DNA of 63,276 bases, filler included, from Octopus bimaculoides (GCF_001194135.2; 8 parts of 7 records of this genome joined end to end with filler, not necessarily neighbours in it), one strand, 5' to 3'; shown: positions 28,263-38,176, counted from the whole stretch's first letter. Notes: generated from the letters alone by a model not told the origin. Numbers and translations: made by a program.

Positions 28263-28460
28263 CTGGCAGAATCGTTAGCACGCTGGGAAAAATGCTTCGT
28301 GACATTTCATCCGTCTTTATGTTCTGAGTTCAAGTACTGTCGAGGTTGACTTTACTTTTTCATACTTTTGGGGACGATGAAATAAGTACCAGTTAAGCAC
28401 TGGGGTCGATGTAATCGATTTACCCCGTTGCTGGTCTTGTACCAAAATTTGAAACTAGTA
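28263..28460 (+). mobile_element. Nin/Deu-core tRNA-SINE copy
   Basis: CTGGCAGAATCGTTAGCAC...TTCTGAGTTCAA...AAATAAGTACCAG...TGGGGTCGAT...CCAAAATTTGAAAC. Confidence 0.8.
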
Positions 28461-29101
28461 GGAATACTGCGAAGTTTTGAAGGCTTAAATCGTTTTTTAT
28501 TTCTCTCTGTTCGAATTGATTTTTTTTTTTAATATATATATATATATATATANNNNNNNNNNNNNNNNNNNNNNNNNNNNNNNNNNNNNNNNNNNNNNNN
28601 NNNNNNNNNNNNNNNNNNNNNNNNNNNNNNNNNNNNNNNNNNNNNNNNNNNNNNNNNNNNNNNNNNNNNNNNNNNNNNNNNNNNNNNNNNNNNNNNNNNN
28701 NNNNNNNNNNNNNNNNNNNNNNNNNNNNNNNNNNNNNNNNNNNNNNNNNNNNNNNNNNNNNNNNNNNNNNNNNNNNNNNNNNNNNNNNNNNNNNNNNNNN
28801 NNNNNNNNNNNNNNNNNNNNNNNNNNNNNNNNNNNNNNNNNNNNNNNNNNNNNNNNNNNNNNNNNNNNNNNNNNNNNNNNNNNNNNNNNNNNNNNNNNNN
28901 NNNNNNNNNNNNNNNNNNNNNNNNNNNNNNNNNNNNNNNNNNNNNNNNNNNNNNNNNNNNNNNNNNNNNNNNNNNNNNNNNNNNNNNNNNNNNNNNNNNN
29001 NNNNNNNNNTATATATATATATATATTGTATGTATTGTATTTGTGTGGGAGTTTAAATGTGGAACGTGTGATCACCAGACTAGATGAACAAAAATGATAG
29101 T

Positions 29102-29102
29102 G

Positions 29103-29178
<76 letters not shown>

Positions 29179-29200
29179 CTATGATGATGATGATGATATT
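29102..29200. repeat. (AAT)n then (GAT)n microsatellite
   Basis: Direct reading. Confidence 0.97.
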
Positions 29201-29821
29201 ATTATTAATGAAACAACAGCATATTTCAAAGTTAGTAATGAAGCAATCAATTTTAACAGATTAATCGATGTTCATTGAAATGTTAATTTTTAATTATTTG
29301 TTATAATTACAATTTTTGTCCTTGAATAGAGATTTTCTTTTAATTTTCATCTTATTTTTTGATAAAAAAAAAGTTGATAAAAATCTATTTAGACATTAAA
29401 TGATATAACCCATGGATCTAAATCATTCATTTCGATATTAGCATACCATGGCTGCCATCAAATATTTTATTTTTATTTTCTTTTGCATGCTTCAGTCATT
29501 AAACTGCGGTCATGCTGGAGCACCACCTTCAAGGGTTTTGGTTGAACAGATCGACCCCTGCCCCAGTATTTTTTTTCTTCAAGTTTGCCACTGATCCTCT
29601 CGGTCTCTTTTACCGAATCGCTAAGTTATGCAGATGTAAACAAACCAGCACCAATTGTCAGCCAGTGTGTCGAGACAAACAACGACACAAAGACACACTC
29701 ACACACACACACACACATACATACATAAATACATACATACATACATATATGTGTGTATATTTTGTATTCCCACGATAAAGAAATTTGTCCTACGAAAATC
29801 TGTCTTCCACTTTGATTTATG

Positions 29822-29853
<32 letters not shown>

Positions 29854-29899
29854 NNNNNNNNNNNNNNNNNNNNNNNNNNNNNNNNNNNNNNNNNNNNNN

Positions 29900-29944
<45 letters not shown>

Positions 29945-30254
29945 TCATATGTATGTATGTATGTATAAGCTAGTGAGTGGACAAACGAAAAAATTTCCAA
30001 TGGCGGAAGATTAGCATCACGCATTGAAACTCAGAGTACCAACGAATTTGAGTCTTAAATGTTTTGACCCATGCATACATGCACCCATCCATCCATCCAT
30101 CCATACATACATACATGCATACATGCATACATACATACATACATATATTTAAATTCAATAATAGGATGAATTCTTTTACAAAGATTTATCAAGTAGCTAG
30201 CGTGAAAAAAACCTCATAAGGGAAAAAATCCATCATTTATTCCCAAAATATATT

Positions 30255-30382
30255 TATTTATATAAGGGCATTACTATACAACAATGCCTCTCGCTATGAG
30301 GGACTCTAAGGAGTCCCTCATAGTCTGACCTTAGAGTCCCTCATAGCGTGAGGCATTCTTGTATAGTAATGCCCTTATATAA

Positions 30383-30385
<3 letters not shown>
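30255..30385. repeat. Near-perfect palindrome / probable MITE (57-bp arms, 17-nt loop)
   Basis: Arms 30255-30311 and 30329-30385 differ at only 2 positions. Confidence 0.9.
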
Positions 30386-30415
<30 letters not shown>

Positions 30416-30418
30416 TAT

Positions 30419-30575
30419 GGGGAGAATTCACAAAAAAAACAACAGACGAAGACAGGTGGTGTAGACAACAAACAGATGTATTAGTATAACGCTCGGAAAT
30501 TGAAAAAGTCTTTAACGTTTCGAGCTTACGCTCTTCGACAGAAACGAACACAGAAAGAAACAAGGAGAGAAAAAA
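30419..30575 (-). mobile_element. Second copy of the hammerhead-bearing short element
   Basis: Homologous to 53560-53730; ends in (TA)n/(TATG)n. Confidence 0.65.
30509..30544 (-). ncRNA. Second hammerhead-like motif of the same family
   Basis: Minus strand reads TTT-CTGTCGA-A-GAGC(GTAA)GCTC-GAA-ACGT-T-AAAGA. Stem I is reduced to 3 bp and the triplet is GUU. Confidence 0.5.
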
Positions 30576-32973
30576 ATCTGTGTAGTGGTTAGCGATACGA
30601 TGGGCTTCTACAAAATCCACTCACAAATCATCGGCCAGCGCGGTGCTGTAGTAGAAAGACACTTGCCCAAGGTACCGCGCAGTGGATCTGACCCCGAAAC
30701 TGCGTGATTGTAAAGCGAATTTCTTACCTACAACAGCCATAACTACGCCTATAAAATGTTAAACAATGTCGAATGTTTTAAAGAAAGTGATAATGTCTCA
30801 CCTAACTCAATTCTGGTCGAAGTTATTTTATTATACTTAAACACCGTTAATGTCTTTGAGAAAGACATGAAAATTCACAATTTCCTATTATCATCTCTGT
30901 CCATTATAACGAAAATAATAATTGCATGAATTCTTTCTTTTGAGCTTAGACTTGGCTTCATATTTATACTTATGTCGTTGATATACTTACAAAGAAAAGA
31001 TAGCCAATATCTTCGAGCAGAAACTAGGTCATATGTTGACGCATTAAAAAGTAAGGTCGTGACCTGATTTCGTTTCGTTGAGTCGTTAACTCTCTCTTAA
31101 GAAATAGAAAAGCGCAATATCTTTATACTTTGGTTCTCCTAAAAGCCCCAAGTTTTCTTGCATGTGTAAAAATAATCTATTCATAAAGTTGTTAACGATC
31201 ATACCTAACACAAGGCCCCCATAGTCGACTCTTTATGACTTTCAAACTTTAATAGCTCATCGTTCGATTCTTGCTTGTGTCGATACAATAAACATAAACA
31301 GAAATAGCTTACCACTGCTACCACGAGCATAAATTTTAGCTAATGTTTTGGTCAAAATGTAATTTAAGTGATTACCATAGAAAATCTTTACGACCAAGCA
31401 AATCTTTTGGACAAAAGTCTTAGAGGAGGAAAGAGGAGAAAATTTACTAAAAGATGTTTAATAGTTTCGCGTTGCGTCGAAATCTTGACCGAAATGACAT
31501 GGAGAAAAGAATTTTCGTGTTTTCTGCTGATTATGAACAGTTGCAGAGGTTTCACAAAAGGTTACATCCAGCAAGCTAAATGTTTTGTGTGTGTGTGTGT
31601 GTGTGTGTGTGTNNNNNNNNNNNNNNNNNNNNNNNNNNNNNNNNNNNNNNNNNNNNTTAATTAATTAANNNNNNNNNNNNNNNNNNNNNNNNNNNNNNNN
31701 NNNNNNNNNNNNTATATATATATATATTTAGGGTATGGTAGATGAGTTCAGCAAAAATTTAGATTCAGGTGAATATGGTACTTAAGTTGAGGCACCAGAA
31801 TTTAGTACGGTATTATCCATACAATTTCAAAGTAAGGTGATTAAAATCAAAATGAGCAACAAGGATATCCAGAGGTTATGCAGTACAATCATTTCATGCA
31901 ACTCCATTTAATTGAACAATGCAATCATTACATCAATTTAAAATGCAGAGCAATCCTCAGCTGCACGTGTATGTGTGTGTTTGTCCTGCCATCATCACTT
32001 GATAACTGGTGTTAGTTTGTTTATGTTACTTAGTGGTTCAGCGAAAGATACAGTAGAGTAAGTACCAGACTTATTAAAAAAAAATGATGTACTGGAGTTG
32101 ATTTGTTTGACTAAACTCTTCAAGATAGTAATAACCAGAATGCAATGATTGAAACAAGTAAAAGATAGATAATAAAAGAGACAGAATATTAAATCTCTCA
32201 TAAAATACCAATATTTGTTGAACCTTTTGCTGAATGTTGTATAAACATAACTATTGTATTTGGAATAGATGTTTTAAAAAGTTACTTGACTTTATATAAC
32301 GAACCAGTATTAGAGGCTGGCATGAGATCTGCTTTAGTTCAGAGACAAAAGATTTATCGTGTATCTTTTATCTGTTTACTGGTTTCAGCCCAAGGCTGAG
32401 GTCATGCTGGTGCTCTACCTGTAGTTACTTAGTGTTGTTTATATTGTAAACAATAATGATTATCATGCACTTTAGCTACTTTGGTTGTTTGTGTAGGTGA
32501 TGGATTTAAAATAAAACAGGAATAATGGTTTAGCATTCAAATTATTCTGTCGAATGTAATGCTTATTTAGTCACATTGTTTTGAATTACCATGCATTATA
32601 TTATAGCTTTGATATTGCAATGTTGTGACTATTTACCTTTTAGAATGACATTGTAGGGTAGGTGTGAGAGGCTGGATTTGGCTGGTTCAAACATAAAACA
32701 AGTAGAATATTTAGGCCAGATATCACCAGTTGAAATGTTAAAGGGTTAAAATTTGCCTATAGTAGTGAGCATCCAGGACAAAACTTACATGAGATCCAGT
32801 CATGCATACTGGACCTGGGGTGATATTTTGAGATGTTTTGGCCACCAAATATGATGTGTATTTATGATGTTTTGGTAAAAAAATGATATGTATTGAGATG
32901 TTTTGGTAAAAAAAAAAAAGTGCGTTGTATATGGCCACCAAATATGATATGTATGTATTTTTTAATATTCCAG

Positions 32974-33154
32974 ATGCCTGTGCCAGTCAAGAAGTTTACA
33001 CGGGCGACAGTGAGATGCCTGGGTCAATGCACATTGAAGACACAAAAAGCTGTTTTGAGACAGTAAACAGTATATTATCATGTGTTATAAAGCTTGAACA
33101 GGAACATAAACAATATAAAAAAATCCTCCAAAAGCAAACAGTCAAAGGTTCTTG
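32974..33154 (+). CDS. Candidate internal coding exon of an unidentified gene (181 nt, phase 1 to phase 2)
   Basis: Acceptor TTTTTTAATATTCCAG|A and donor TTG|GTAAGG. Only one frame is open: ACASQEVYTGDSEMPGSMHIEDTKSCFETVNSILSCVIKLEQEHKQYKKILQKQTVKGS. Non-repetitive sequence; no homology recognised. Confidence 0.45.
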
Positions 33155-33412
33155 GTAAGGCAGTTTTTAACTTGTCCCTTATTAATTATATTCTTCCTAT
33201 TCAGTTCCTTTCGCATGTGTATTCATTTCATATTTGTTCCTGTCATGTCCTTTTGTTTCTTTTTGTTTGCATGCACACCCGTCATGAGGTATTCACTGTC
33301 CCAATTATTTTTGGACATATCTTCATCCATCCAGATATATTTGTTTCTTTGTTTTTAATGTTGGAATTAAAAATTATTATTATTATCATCATCATCATCA
33401 TCTTCACCATCA

Positions 33413-33700
33413 TCGTTTAACGTCCGCTTTCCATGCTAGCATGGGTTGGACGATTTGACTGAGGACTGGTGAGCCAGATGGCTACATCAGGCTCCAATCT
33501 GATTTGGCAGAGCTTCTATGGCTGGATGCCCTTCCTAACGCCAACCACTCTGAGAGTGTAGTGGGTGCTTTTAAGTGCCACCGGCACGAAGGCCAGTCAG
33601 GCGGTACTGGCAATGCCCACGCTCAAAATGGTGTATTTTATGTGCCACGTGCACAGGAGCCAGTCCAGCGGCACTGGCAACAACCTCGCTCAAATGTCTT
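33413..33700 (-). mobile_element. RTE-tail-type SINE/LINE 3' end with (GAT)n tail
   Basis: GGATGCCCTTCCTAACGCCAACC motif typical of RTE-related 3' ends. An opposite-orientation relative lies at 33785-34066. Confidence 0.7.
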
Positions 33701-34213
33701 TTCACATTATGATATAAACAATATATATATTTCGAGGGTTGGGTCTCACAGAGGTAATGTGGTTGATGTCAGTGTTGGGTAACTAGCATCTGTGCCGGTG
33801 GCACATGGAAAGCACCTTTCGAGCACTGGGCCTCATAGAGGCAATGACAACTGACCAAGATCTTTGGCAATATGTTGTGCTTGAGAAAAAGACCCATCAA
33901 GCCAAGTGAAATCACAGTCATGACAGATACTGGTGTCACGCAACTGGCCCTTGTGTCGGTGGCACGTAAAAGCACCCATTACACTCTCGGAGTGGTTGGC
34001 ATTAGGAAGGACATCCAGCCATAGAAACCATATCAAGTCAGACTGGAGCCTGGTGCATCCCTCAGCTTATTATTATTATTATTATTCCACTGTGGTCGAC
34101 TTTGCCCTTCATCTTTTGGGGTCGATAAAATATGTATAAGTTGAGTACTGGGGTCGATGTAATTGACTATCCTCCTCCCCTTAAATGGCTGGCCTTGTGC
34201 CAAAATTTGAAAC

Positions 34214-34256
<43 letters not shown>

Positions 34257-34354
34257 TTGTTTTATTTTTATAACGTGCTTTCACTTCACTACCGAGCACA
34301 GCTCTGTGTGCCTTGGCTATGTGCTGTAGTTTGCTGTGATGCTCTTATGGTTAC

Positions 34355-34422
<68 letters not shown>

Positions 34423-34522
34423 NNNNNNNNNNNNNNNNNNNNNNNNNNNNNNNNNNNNNNNNNNNNTTAATTAATTAANNNNNNNNNNNNNNNNNNNNNN
34501 NNNNNNNNNNNNNNNNNNNNNN
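34423..34522. other. Artificial 100-bp scaffold spacer 44N-TTAATTAATTAA-44N (one of seven)
   Basis: Identical structure at 17707-17806, 20065-20164, 26220-26319, 31613-31712, 34423-34522, 56323-56422 and 57494-57593. The 12-mer has stops in all six frames. Confidence 0.97.
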
Positions 34523-34744
34523 ATATATATATATGTACACACACACATGCAGTTTTACGAATGTCAGTAGACCAATATTAGCGGAGAGACCTTAACTATG
34601 TCTCACCTACCCCTACAGACTATTCACATCTAAAGGCTTGTCACTCTTTAAATCACTTCCCAGTTCATAACGAAGTTACTGATGAGTTCCTCTCTGTATA
34701 CGATGAATTCGTTTCGTACAAGTGGGTTGTGAGTTCAATTCCGA

Positions 34745-34929
34745 TTAATGGTTACATTGTATAATTTTTCCGATCAGAGCGCTCGACGGAAAATCGATAG
34801 AAATAAAACCAAACCGTTTCTTGGGTTTCTTTTCTTCTAAGTAGTTCTCGAGTTGAGGGTTGATACGATCAGCTACGGCATTGGGATAAGCCCCAGAGCT
34901 GGCTCCGCTGGTGAAGGTTACATAAATAA
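34745..34929 (-). CDS. PI-PLC coding exon 2 (terminal; 61 aa + TAA), not in the ORF track
   Basis: Acceptor TTTCTTTCCTATTTGCAG|TT. The phase-1 join restores the frame and gives VIYVTFTSGASSGAYPNAVADRINPQLENYLEEKKPKKRFGFISIDFPSSALIGKIIQCNH*, the expected family C-terminus (Y.TFxSG, RINP, GxxxxDFP with the Asp274 equivalent). No N gap lies between the exons. Confidence 0.92.
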
Positions 34930-35054
34930 CTGCAAATAGGAAAGAAAATACAAGCGGTTATAAATACATCGACATTGTTCATAATTGTTGTCGTCGTCGT
35001 AAAATAATTTAATATGATTGTGGTTATTTATCCTGTGGTGGTAAACGAAGATGG

Positions 35055-35186
35055 GAAGGCGCGTGGTTTAGTATTTAAGGTGTTGCACTCCCGATCGTCG
35101 TTTCGTTTCACGGACCAGGCAGTGTATTGTAATGTTGGGCAGAACACTTCATTTAACGTTATTCCTGTCTACTCAGCTGTAAATGA
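35055..35186 (+). mobile_element. tRNA-SINE 5' half inside the PI-PLC intron (antisense to the gene)
   Basis: GGAAGGCGCGTGGTTTAGT head...CACTTCATTT...ACTCAGCTG. Confidence 0.7.
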
Positions 35187-35232
35187 CTTCCAGAAATAGC
35201 TGGGAAATTAAATCTGAGATGGTGTAAAACCA

Positions 35233-35372
35233 GTGGAGGCGCATGGATTAATGGTTAGGCTGTTGCACTCATGATCGCAAGATTGTGGTTTCGATTCCTG
35301 AAGCGGGTGACGTGTTGTGCTCTTGAGCAAAGCACTTCATTTCAGGCTGCTCTATTGCACTCAGCTGGCAAC
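35233..35372 (+). mobile_element. Second tRNA-SINE 5' half inside the PI-PLC intron
   Basis: GTGGAGGCGCATGG..AATGG A box, GGTTTCGATTCC B box, CTTGAGCAAAGCACTT...ACTCAGCTG. Confidence 0.75.
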
Positions 35373-35740
35373 AGAAACCAGCTCTATGAGTCTATATGAC
35401 TCGGGAAGTATCTTTATCCCTTTAACCTATATTTAGGAACGCGGGTTTATGACTCATCTCGGATGAAGAATGGATCTTATTACGTAGATTGAGTAAATGG
35501 ATGATGGAAGCTGGCGAATAGGTGATATCAATAACACTGTGTAAGAAAATTCTTTGTTTTTGGTAGATTGTTAGGGGCCTGACATAGGGCAAAGTACGAT
35601 AGGTACTACACCAATTGTAACTACTGTTGTTGCTGAATTGTAGATACTTGGAAATATGCACTTTAGAGTACAATGGGTATGGTACCACACAGTAGGTATT
35701 CTGTAGTGGTTAGTAAAGTCATTAGTAAAATCCAACTTAC

Positions 35741-36383
35741 CGGAACTTCCTTCGTCCGCACCGGAAGTGTCAAGCTGACGTTTGACATGCTGCCATTTCT
35801 CTTCTATATGTGAGTACAGAATTGTAGGCACATACCAATGATCCTCAATTGAGAACAAACCACCATTGTAATTCAATCCATACGCGGATCCCGGGAAATT
35901 TTGCAAGATAACAATTTTGCCACGGATATCTCCAAGTTTGGGAATAGAAGAGAAGGAACTCGAAATTCGACCATTCTCGATATATCGTTGGATAGAGACT
36001 TTGAGCGTTTCTTCATAGGAACGGTTATTTTCAACCGTTTCATATTCCTCTTTAATACGCATAAAGATCGTCTCTGTGGGGTAGTCTGTTAAAAAGCGAA
36101 GCGAGTTTCTCAGAACCGTGTCAATATCAGCATATTGATATTTGACTCCGTGGTGTATATGTAGCCCATTACGAAAATGCCGACAACGAATGTCTAAGAA
36201 ACGTATGCCTCCCAATAGCTGTGGATATAACTCCCAGTATTGACACGCGATGAGGCTTCCGCCGTAAAAAGCCATTGTGTTGTGTGTGCCTGGCACGGTT
36301 AAGTGTGCTACAGACGTTTGATCAGAGATTGTCGACATCCAGTTGGGGAAATTGGTTTCGGGTTCACTGAAACCGGAGCCCAT
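35741..36383 (-). CDS. Bacterial-type PI-PLC (1-phosphatidylinositol phosphodiesterase-like, PI-PLC X domain), coding exon 1 (214 codons + 1 nt)
   Basis: First in-frame ATG (CCCATC-ATG-G, A at -3, G at +4) gives MGSGFSEPETNFPNWMSTISDQTSVAHLTVPGTHN...QLLGGIRFLDIRCR...IHHG...MRIKEE...IRGKIVIL...IEDHW. These match B. cereus PI-PLC family motifs (His32 in GTH, Arg69 in DIR, His82 in HHG, RGKIV). The exon ends at a canonical donor, TCCG|GTAAGT (35741|35740). The ORF-track start at 36545 is a TTG. Confidence 0.92.
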
Positions 36384-36423
36384 GATGGGAACGTGATGCG
36401 CCTTTCCCTGGAGTCTCCCTAGT

Positions 36424-36461
36424 CTATAACCAACCGGAAACCGGAGGCAATTGATATATAA
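36424..36461 (-). promoter_or_regulatory. Ambiguous upstream signal of PI-PLC: TATA-like TATATAT with tandem CCGGA boxes, or a 3' splice site
   Basis: Minus strand reads CTTATATATCAATTGCCTCCGGTTTCCGGTTGGTTATAG, 41-78 nt upstream of the ATG. It fits either a core promoter or a pyrimidine tract with a TAG acceptor ending at 36424. Confidence 0.3.
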
Positions 36462-36929
36462 GAAGATGATGTTTCGACACAAGAGTACAAGGTGAGTGCC
36501 ACAACTACACCGCTGAACTGCAATGGATACACTCGTTAACAGCAATAAAACGTTCTTTTTGTTTCTTTTTCTTTATATTATTTTTTCTTCCAATTGATTT
36601 TCAACTTGTAACTATTAAAACACGAACGTGTGATGTGAACCGGTTGTCTTCCCTTGGATTAGTAACGATGTTGAGCTTTTGCTAATTTAGATAAGAGTCT
36701 GTGCGTTCTATTGGAATTTTCTAATAAATCATTGCTATAAATCACAGCCTCATTAGGAATCCAGTTGTCCGCTTTTAACATTGAACAGAACAGAATGAAG
36801 CCAAAACATCAGAACCTGGTTTCGACGTCAGTTTGCCTTTCTCTCAGGTTTTCCCTGGAAACAAAATTAAAAAGAAGATATCATCCTCGTACATCGTAGC
36901 TTTGACAGGAGAGTCAAGGAAAACGCGCG

Positions 36930-36970
<41 letters not shown>

Positions 36971-38176
36971 GTATGCATGTAAGCATGTATATATGTATGC
37001 ATTTATTTATAAACGCAAGTGTTTAAGTATGAATTAAGAGCAGCTCGAGGGATATAAGCAATATCGACCACACATACACAAAGCATGTGTTTTGCTAGTT
37101 CGCGGGAAGGATGGGATCTATTTTAAAACGGGGGCGCCAGTTTTCATTTATGTTTTATGTAGTGTTTTTGGTACGGAAAGACTTTCAAACTTCGTATACT
37201 TAACTATTTTGTGTTATAGAACAGAAAAATATTTTTGTATTCGAATTTATTTCATGTAAAAAATTGTCTTATTTCGNNNNNNNNNNNNNNNNNNNNNNNN
37301 NNNNNNNNNNNNNNNNNNNNNNNNNNNNNNNNNNNNNNNNNNNNNNNNNNNNNNNNNNNNNNNNNNNNNNNNNNNNNNNNNNNNNNNNNNNNNNNNNNNN
37401 NNNNNNNNNNNNNNNNNNNNNNNNNNNNNNNNNNNNNNNNNNNNNNNNNNNNNNNNNNNNNNNNNNNNNNNNNNNNNNNNNNNNNNNNNNNNNNNNNNNN
37501 NNNNNNNNNNNNNNNNNNNNNNNNNNNNNNNNNNNNNNNNNNNNNNNNNNNNNNNNNNNNNNNNNNNNNNNNNNNNNNNNNNNNNNNNNNNNNNNNNNNN
37601 NNNNNNNNNNNNNNNNNNNNNNNNNNNNNNNNNNNNNNNNNNNNNNNNNNNNNNNNNNNNNNNNNNNNNNNNNNNNNNNNNNNNNNNNNNNNNNNNNNNN
37701 NNNNNNNNNNNNNNNNNNNNNNNNNNNNNNNNNNNNNNNNNNNNNNNNNNNNNNNNNNNNNNNNNNNNNNNNNNNNNNNNNNNNNNNNNNNNNNNNNNNN
37801 NNNNNNNNNNNNNNNNNNNNNNNNNNNNNNNNNNNNNNNNNNNNNNNNNNNNNNNNNNNNNNNNNNNNNNNNNNNNNNNNNNNNNNNNNNNNNNNNNNNN
37901 NNNNNNNNNNATTACGAGCCTGGAAAAAAAGTATTTGAATTTGAATTTTTATTTGGAAACACCCTATATCCACTTCCCAACTTTCCCGCTTTCAAAAAGC
38001 TAAAAATTCCGTATGCTTTACGTCTGAAACAGCAGACGAAAAAATATCAAACAATCAGAAAACTCGATATGCTAGGAACAACAGCTAAACGTCTGGAAAA
38101 TATTTTTTATTTCTCATTTAAAAAAAAAAAGATAAACGACGTAATCACCAGCATTTTTTTTCAGTTATTTTATATA

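Larger units (their letters stand above)
34930..35740 (-). other. 811-nt GT-AG phase-1 intron of the PI-PLC gene
   Basis: GTAAGT donor, pyrimidine tract plus TTTGCAG acceptor. Splicing joins two halves of one domain in frame. Contains two SINE fragments. Confidence 0.9.

Noticed and set aside
35422-35688. 88-aa ORF as a frameshifted PI-PLC C-terminus (pseudogene model)
   Set aside because: It lies in the intron and lacks the TFxSG and DFP motifs. The exon at 34745-34929 fits far better.
35571-36545. 324-aa ORF as the real PI-PLC protein
   Set aside because: It starts at TTG and its last ~56 residues are intron read-through lacking family motifs. The spliced model restores the conserved C-terminus.
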